This document shows positions 58,343 to 64,000 of a DNA stretch of 64,000 nt, in pieces. The stretch spans positions 1,408,001 to 1,472,000 of the forward strand of contig CAWBEI010000002.1 of NCBI GenBank assembly GCA_963787835.1, in the 5' to 3' direction. The position numbers and the translations under genes were made by a program. Position 1 is the stretch's first letter, and the number at the start of each line of letters is the position of its first letter. The notes under the pieces are model-generated. The model was given only the letters and a program-made list of their open reading frames with translations, was not told the DNA's origin and ran no database searches. Origin of the DNA: Ignavibacteriota bacterium (GTDB taxonomy: Bacteria > Bacteroidota > Ignavibacteria > Palsa-1295).

Positions 58343-60823
58343 CTATTGTTCTTCTCCAAAGAGCGTTAGCGTCGGACTTCCCGTCGCAATGTTTGCACTG
58401 AGTCTCGCGCCGGCATCCGGAAATTGTTTTGTAACAGGTCCGGTACCGGTTGTTTTTACGCGAAAGCCATCGGCAGAAGCAAGTTTGATCGCGCGTGCCA
58501 TCGGCAGTCCCACAAGATTGGGTGCTACTTCGGCTGTTGCTTGCACATCGTCTCCTTCTGCCTTCGGCTTTGCCAGTTCAAAGCGAACAGTATCTCCTCC
58601 ACACTTTATTACATCGTCGATGATGCTCGCGGGCTCTGATTGGCCTTGCTTGGTCATGTTCACAACAAATCCCTGACTGGCCAATAGCGAGCGCCCTTGC
58701 TCGGCAGTCATACCACGGACGTCCCACACCGGGCGGGAATCTTTATTGGTTTGCGGAACCGGTATTCCATCAATATCCACCACGCCCTCGGTTATTAATG
58801 GTACTTCTGCGGGCTTCGGTGCGCTTCGGGCTTCGGGCGGAAGCTTGCCGGTCATCTCTAAAATATTCATGGCGATCTCACGGAAGATCGGGCCGCTGAC
58901 TACACCGCCATAATATCCATTCTTCGGCGATCGAAGAATGACACTGATAAGATATTCCGGTTTTTCCGCCGGGAAAAATCCGGTGAAGCTCGATGTGTAA
59001 TGTTCTTTGGACCAATGCCCGCCGACAAGCTGCTGCGCCGTTCCCGTTTTGCCAGCAATATGTACACCCTTTATCTGAACGAGCGTGCCCGTTCCTGAAT
59101 CAACAACGCCCTCCATGATATTTATCAGCGTACGGCAGGTCTGTTCGCTGACGACGCGGCGGATCTCCTGCGGCTCGGTAACAACGGTTCCGTTCGGCCC
59201 CTCGCGTTTGGCGATGATATAGGGCTTCATCAACATTCCCATATTCGCAACGGCGGCATACGCAGTCGCCATCTGGATCGGCGTGGCCGTGAGTTCATAG
59301 CCAAAGGCCATGTAGCGCTTGGAATTTTCCTGCCACTGACCCGGTGTATGGAGTACGCCACGTACTTCGCCGGGAAGGTCGATCCCTGTATAATTCCCAA
59401 TGCCGAAATCGCGAAGATATTTGTAGAAGCGGCGTTTGTCGAGCTTATCCGAAATCTTTGCAAAAGAAATGTTGCTCGATTTTTCCAGGGCTTCACGAAA
59501 GGTCAGAATTCCGTAGGGATGCGTGTCGGTGATATGGACACCGTTCTCTGGATTCCAATGGCCGTGTTCGGCGTCGATCTTGTCGTCCGGTTTCCAGGCG
59601 CCATCTTCCAGTGCGGCAGACGCGACAAGCACTTTGATGGTCGAACCGGGTTCATAAGCATCGGTGATGGCACGGTTGCGAAGCATCGCGTTCGTCGCCT
59701 TGCTGAATGCATTGGGATCGAAATCCGGGACGTTCGCTAACGCAAGTATTTCGCCGGTCGATGGACGCATGACGATCGCGATACCGGCTTCTGCTTCTGC
59801 CTTTTCAACACCCGCCTTTAACGCAGATTCTGCGGCTGCCTGAATGGATTCGTCGATCGTGAGCGTAAGATTCTCCCCATCGGAAGCTGGAACCTTCTCA
59901 TAATCTACGTCCGGCCGGAGTGCGCCGCGTCCGTCGCGCTGCATGAACTGCTCGCCATCGTGCCCGGCGAGATCGCGATTATCGATAAGCTCGATGCCCG
60001 CGAGACCTCGGCCATCGTTGCTCGCAAAGCCAAGCACATGCGCTGCGCGTTCTCCGAACGCATAGTTCCGGCGCCAGTCCATCTGCCGCATCAAGCCATG
60101 ATCCTTCACGGAATCGAGGCGCGATGCAACTTCGAGGGGAACTTCCCGTTCGACTACGATATATCTTCGGGACGTATCGCTAAAGACCGTCTCGTAATAT
60201 TGGGCTGGCTTTCCGAAGGTTGCGGAGAAGATCGCTGCAAGCCGGTCGCGATGTTGGATCGCCTTGGGATCGACAGCGAATTTGACCACATAGGAGTTTG
60301 CTGCGAGGATGATACCGTTGCGATCTCGGATCAGGCCGCGCCTTGCTTCAATAGGTACTTCCGTTTTATATTGCTCCGCTGCCTCCTGAGAGAACGCGCC
60401 GTGATCGAGAACCTGTAACTTGAAGAGCTTCCCGCCGACCAGTGCAAAGGCAAGCAAAAAGAATGCAAGCACCGAATAAAGTCTGCCATTCTTCTTCAAG
60501 GGATCGACGGGCACGGGAGCAGAAAAGAACCGGTGGACAAGCCGTTCGTGCCAGGGTTCCTGATTCTCTTCGGAAGATGTTTCTGAATCAGGATCTTCGA
60601 AGATCGGATTACTTCGCTCATCTTCAACCGAATGCGAAAACACTCTCCCTCGTTGCGAACCAATTTCTGAGTGCGGAGCCGGGTTCAGGACGTGCGATGT
60701 TGGATTCACGACGTGCGAAGTTGGGTTCACGACGTGCGAAGTTGGGTTCACGACGTGCGTAGCCGGTGGGTATCGCTCGGCGATCCCATCAAACGGCAAT
60801 TCGTCCTGATCTCGGTATCTCAC
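58343..60823 (-). CDS. ftsI: Class B PBP (FtsI) with C-terminal PASTA domains
   Basis: RGLIRDRNG, EPGSTIK, SSN, AGKTGTAQ, PNLVG. Confidence 0.95.
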   Translation of the reverse strand: MRYRDQDELPFDGIAERYPPATHVVNPTSHVVNPTSHVVNPTSHVLNPAPHSEIGSQRGRVFSHSVEDERSNPIFEDPDSETSSEENQEPWHERLVHRFFSAPVPVDPLKKNGRLYSVLAFFLLAFALVGGKLFKLQVLDHGAFSQEAAEQYKTEVPIEARRGLIRDRNGIILAANSYVVKFAVDPKAIQHRDRLAAIFSATFGKPAQYYETVFSDTSRRYIVVEREVPLEVASRLDSVKDHGLMRQMDWRRNYAFGERAAHVLGFASNDGRGLAGIELIDNRDLAGHDGEQFMQRDGRGALRPDVDYEKVPASDGENLTLTIDESIQAAAESALKAGVEKAEAEAGIAIVMRPSTGEILALANVPDFDPNAFSKATNAMLRNRAITDAYEPGSTIKVLVASAALEDGAWKPDDKIDAEHGHWNPENGVHITDTHPYGILTFREALEKSSNISFAKISDKLDKRRFYKYLRDFGIGNYTGIDLPGEVRGVLHTPGQWQENSKRYMAFGYELTATPIQMATAYAAVANMGMLMKPYIIAKREGPNGTVVTEPQEIRRVVSEQTCRTLINIMEGVVDSGTGTLVQIKGVHIAGKTGTAQQLVGGHWSKEHYTSSFTGFFPAEKPEYLISVILRSPKNGYYGGVVSGPIFREIAMNILEMTGKLPPEARSAPKPAEVPLITEGVVDIDGIPVPQTNKDSRPVWDVRGMTAEQGRSLLASQGFVVNMTKQGQSEPASIIDDVIKCGGDTVRFELAKPKAEGDDVQATAEVAPNLVGLPMARAIKLASADGFRVKTTGTGPVTKQFPDAGARLSANIATGSPTLTLFGEEQ
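60681..60760 (-). repeat. 21-bp coding tandem repeat, ~4 copies (SHVVNPT), in the FtsI N-terminus
   Basis: gggttcacgacgtgcgaagtt units; protein THVVNPTSHVVNPTSHVVNPTSHVLNP. Confidence 0.92.
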
Positions 60824-60834
60824 GGCTAAAAAAG

Positions 60835-61260
60835 CTATTTTACGATCACCACGTCTTCTCCGTTGGACTGGATCATTCCCAGTTTTGCCTGAGCAATGGG
60901 CCGGATATGGTCCGGCGCTGAAAGCTGCATTTCCTGTGCTCGCAAACGGATAAGGCGCTGTTCACTTTGGGTAATTTGGTCGTCAAGCTTGGTGCGCTCC
61001 AGAGTCAGCTTGTTGACTTGTAGCGTATTCCAGATGATCAGTACCGCGCAGGTGACCACGACTCCGAAAAATGCAATGACGTATAAGGTCGGCATTTTTC
61101 GAACTACTTTTTGGATCTCGCTTGGAACGATCTTCTGAACGGTTGGCGCTGCCGGCGCTGAAACTGCAGCAGGTTCCTCTCTCGGGGTCGTTGCTCCGAG
61201 CAATTCTCCTTCTCTGTTCTGTCCGAACGCCGCACGGGGCGCGTAGGCAATCGTAGTCAT
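60835..61260 (-). CDS. ftsL: Cell division protein FtsL
   Basis: One TM plus coiled coil, LSAPDHI...AKLGM; between rsmH and ftsI. Confidence 0.85.
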   Translation of the reverse strand: MTTIAYAPRAAFGQNREGELLGATTPREEPAAVSAPAAPTVQKIVPSEIQKVVRKMPTLYVIAFFGVVVTCAVLIIWNTLQVNKLTLERTKLDDQITQSEQRLIRLRAQEMQLSAPDHIRPIAQAKLGMIQSNGEDVVIVK

Positions 61261-61267
61261 CCGGTTA

Positions 61268-62230
61268 CTATCTAATTCGTTGAGCCGCGCGCAGCTTTGC
61301 GCTTCGTGCCCGCGGGTTTCGTTCGATCTCCTCCTCAGTAGGCGTGATCGCTTTCTTCGTCAGCACGCTCAGCCGGGCGCTGGAGTGGTCTATTCGTTCC
61401 CGCAAAGCACCGATGGAACCAGCCGCAAATTCCGGCGCGCTTTCCTTCTTAAAAAATTCTTTTACAATCCTATCTTCCAGCGAATGATATGCCACGACGA
61501 CGATCCTTCCGCCGACGCGAAGGCGCTCGGCCGCCTGGCCGAGCGATGTCCGTAAATGCTCAAGCTCCTGGTTTACCTCGATCCGCAGAGCCTGAAAGAT
61601 GCGCGAGAGGGTTTCATTTTTTTTATCCTCGCGTATCCCTTGTGCGACGATCGCTGCCAGTTCTGTGGTTGTTTCGATAGCTCGCGCCATGCGTGCCTGA
61701 ACGATCCTTCTTGCGATCGGTCCGGCATAAGGCTCTTCGCCATAGTTGCGAAAAATTTCCTTGAGCTGTGGTTCATCATAGCCTGAAATGATTCCTTTCG
61801 CTGATAAGTGAAGTCTTGGATCGAGCCGCATATCGAGCGGTGCGTCCACACGGTAACTGAGTCCGACAGAACTTGTATCGAGTTGATGGCTGCTGACGCC
61901 AAGATCATAGACGATGCCGTCTAAAAGGCCGCCTTCCGGCCCGGTGTTCATCAGACGTGGCTGATTAGCAAGCGCATCGTTAAGTTTTTCAAAGTTCTCT
62001 TTGATAAGCACGAACTGCGCTCCAAATCGTGCGAGACGTGCTGTGGCGAATTCGTGTGCCGCAGGGTCGGTATCGAATCCGAAGACGTAAGCCCCTCTGG
62101 AAAGCATCGCCTCTGCATAGCCACCGCCACCGAGCGTGGCATCGACATATACCCCGCCTTCGCGTACTCCGAGTAGTTCCATCGCCTCTTTCAGCAGAAC
62201 GGGTTGATGATACTCGCGCTCCGTTTTCAA
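61268..62230 (-). CDS. rsmH: 16S rRNA m4C1402 methyltransferase
   Basis: HQPVLL, DATLGGGG, DLGVSSHQLD, PLDMR, HSLEDRIVK, NPRARSAKLR. Confidence 0.98.
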   Translation of the reverse strand: MKTEREYHQPVLLKEAMELLGVREGGVYVDATLGGGGYAEAMLSRGAYVFGFDTDPAAHEFATARLARFGAQFVLIKENFEKLNDALANQPRLMNTGPEGGLLDGIVYDLGVSSHQLDTSSVGLSYRVDAPLDMRLDPRLHLSAKGIISGYDEPQLKEIFRNYGEEPYAGPIARRIVQARMARAIETTTELAAIVAQGIREDKKNETLSRIFQALRIEVNQELEHLRTSLGQAAERLRVGGRIVVVAYHSLEDRIVKEFFKKESAPEFAAGSIGALRERIDHSSARLSVLTKKAITPTEEEIERNPRARSAKLRAAQRIR

Positions 62231-62246
62231 TGAACTGTTCGGACAA

Positions 62247-62311
62247 TAATGAGTGATGAATTATGAACAGGGAAGTGTCAAATCGTATAATTCACCCTTC
62301 CTCATTTCTTA
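62247..62311 (-). repeat. Degenerate heptamer-repeat hairpin between mraZ and rsmH
   Basis: Plus strand taatgag tgatgaa ttatgaa ... ataa ttcaccc ttcctca tttctta. Confidence 0.7.
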
Positions 62312-62750
62312 TCCCCCATGACCTGCTCCACGATCTTTTCGTAGGTCTCTTTTCTCGATTCGATATACTTTTAAAATGTGCCGGCTTCCACAGTTCGATG
62401 TGATCGAGCACACCGATAAAAAATACTTCCTTCGATATTTCCGCGAAATCGAGAAGCGATTTCGGGATCAGCAGCCGGAACTGTGAATCCAACTGGATCT
62501 CCTCGCTCCATTGCATAAGCGTTCGCGCGAAGAATCGATCTTTTTCATTAGCCGACGAGAGCGAGCGGATCGAGTCCTCCATGCGATGCCACTCATCGAG
62601 CGGGTAGGCGTACAGGCATTTTTCAATTCCGCGCGTAACGACGAACGTCCGCCGCGCTTCCGGTTCGAGATTTTTACGCATCTTCGATGGGATGCTCGCG
62701 CGCCCCTTCGCATCGACGACGTACGTGTCGCTTCCTTTGAATGATGACAT
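62302..62750 (-). CDS. mraZ: Transcriptional regulator MraZ (apparent 1-nt deletion at 62369-62372)
   Basis: VDAKGRASIP, LDSQFRLLIP, GVLDHIELW; adding one A gives the end KKYIESRKETYEKIVEQVMGDKK*. Confidence 0.93.
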
Positions 62751-62780
62751 GATTTGAAATAAAGAGGAAAAGGCAAAATG

Positions 62781-62824
62781 CCCCACTTCCCCCCACTTTT
62801 CTACAAATAGAACTACACTTCCAT
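62781..62824 (-). promoter_or_regulatory. MraZ binding boxes (GTGG direct repeats, 10-bp period)
   Basis: Minus strand GAAGTGTAG...TTGTAGAAAAGTGGGGGGAAGTGGGG upstream of mraZ. Confidence 0.75.
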
Positions 62825-62936
62825 AAGAATAGGTTGCCTTTTCTCATCAAATTCTGAATTAATTTCAAAAAAAAGCGCATTCTGAAAGAAAATTAAACTT
62901 TCTAACTTTTTGATCGATAAGGTTGGGAATGTAATA

Positions 62937-62954
62937 AACTAACGATTGTTAGTT
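62937..62954. promoter_or_regulatory. TetR/PaaR-type palindromic operator
   Basis: AACTAAC-gatt-GTTAGTT, 6 nt before the TetR ATG. Confidence 0.7.
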
Positions 62955-62960
62955 AACAAG

Positions 62961-63533
62961 ATGAAAGTTTTAGCGCGGAAAGATCAAATTCGAGACAAGG
63001 CACAGATGCTTTTTCGTGAGCGCGGTTACTCCGCGACCTCCATGCGCGATCTTGCCGAAGCGCTTGGCATCGAAGCTGCGAGCCTGTACAATCATATCTC
63101 CTCGAAAGAAGATATCCTTCAGGAAATATGCTTTCGCATGGCGGATGAGTTTTTCTCTGCCATCGAACCCATTGCGGCAAGTGCGCTGGACCCAAAAGAA
63201 AAATTGCGATCCGCTCTAGAGGCTCATTTGGGTGTGATCGCTTCGAATGCTGATGCCTCCGGTGTGTTTCTACATGAGTGGCGGCACATGGGCGAGTCAT
63301 TCCTCAGCGATTTTAAGCTCATGAGGCGAAGATATGAGCAAATCTTTCGTAAAATAGTGGAAGAAGGGATTGCATTAGGAATTTTTCGGAAGATCGATGC
63401 AGCTATCACAGCCAGAACGCTTCTTTCTGCAACCAACTGGACCTACGAGTCTCATAAGGCTCATCGCAAACCATCTGCGGAGGAGTTAAGCGAGATCACA
63501 TCCATTTTGATCGAAGGAATCATTACCAGATAA
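62961..63533 (+). CDS. TetR-family regulator (PaaR/KstR2-like)
   Basis: [37 protein letters not shown]; upstream of paaA. Confidence 0.9.
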   Translation: MKVLARKDQIRDKAQMLFRERGYSATSMRDLAEALGIEAASLYNHISSKEDILQEICFRMADEFFSAIEPIAASALDPKEKLRSALEAHLGVIASNADASGVFLHEWRHMGESFLSDFKLMRRRYEQIFRKIVEEGIALGIFRKIDAAITARTLLSATNWTYESHKAHRKPSAEELSEITSILIEGIITR

Positions 63534-63535
63534 TT

Positions 63536-64000
63536 ATGTACGGAAACGCTTATATAGAACCGGATGCCAAACCGGTTGTCGTAAAGGACGAAGACCCGGA
63601 GAAATTAGCCGAATTCGAAGCCCGCATCGCACGCGGCGAAAAGATCGAGCCAGACGATTGGATGCCGGCCGAATACCGCCGCCAGGTGCTGCGCATGATC
63701 GAGCAGCACGCGCATTCCGAAATTATCGGTGCGCTGCCGGAGGGAACCTGGATCACGCGCGCGCCAACACTTCGCCGCAAACTTGCGCTCATCGCGAAAG
63801 TGCAGGATGAGGTCGGGCATGGGCATTTGCTTTATGCCGCAGCAGAAACGCTCGGCAAATCGCGCGAGGCAATGATAAACGATCTCATCAATGGGAAATC
63901 GAAGTACAGTAATATCTTCAACTACCCAGCAAAGACGTGGGCGGATATTGCCGTGATCGGATTTTTGGTCGATGCCGGTGCTATCGTCAACCAGCTTGCG
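63536..64000 (+). CDS. paaA: Phenylacetyl-CoA epoxidase subunit A (partial)
   Basis: Hand translation [13 protein letters not shown]...[26 protein letters not shown]...KVQDEVGHG. Confidence 0.95.
   Translation, partial: MYGNAYIEPDAKPVVVKDEDPEKLAEFEARIARGEKIEPDDWMPAEYRRQVLRMIEQHAHSEIIGALPEGTWITRAPTLRRKLALIAKVQDEVGHGHLLYAAAETLGKSREAMINDLINGKSKYSNIFNYPAKTWADIAVIGFLVDAGAIVNQLA

Overview
This 64 kb bacterial window probably comes from a Bacteroidota-related lineage (Kapabacteria/Ignavibacteria-like). That is an inference from T9SS C-terminal domains, ASH/choice-of-anchor D Ig-repeat proteins, TAnnTTTG promoters and gatC. Most of it is housekeeping: nrnA, atpC, pth, rplY, rlmN, gatC, yicC, ribD, secG, purD, a dcw cluster from mraZ to ftsZ (no murB or ddl), and paaR-paaA. 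Accessory content includes an AT-rich candidate defence cassette (AbiGi-like, ParB-HEPN-like, Dam methylase), an ECF sigma/anti-sigma/OmpA/T9SS unit, two tandem T9SS paralogs, three TA modules and several REP-type palindromes. The most striking unexplained structure is a family of heptamer-repeat inverted hairpins at stop-to-start junctions, four of them in the dcw operon. One encloses a four-helix-bundle (IVS/Avd-like) gene in a 25-bp stem that reaches into the mraY start codon. A 24-bp unit is nested inside two unrelated REPs. Four single-base frameshifts, three in short homopolymers, probably reflect assembly errors. All protein family calls come from motif recognition, not database searches.
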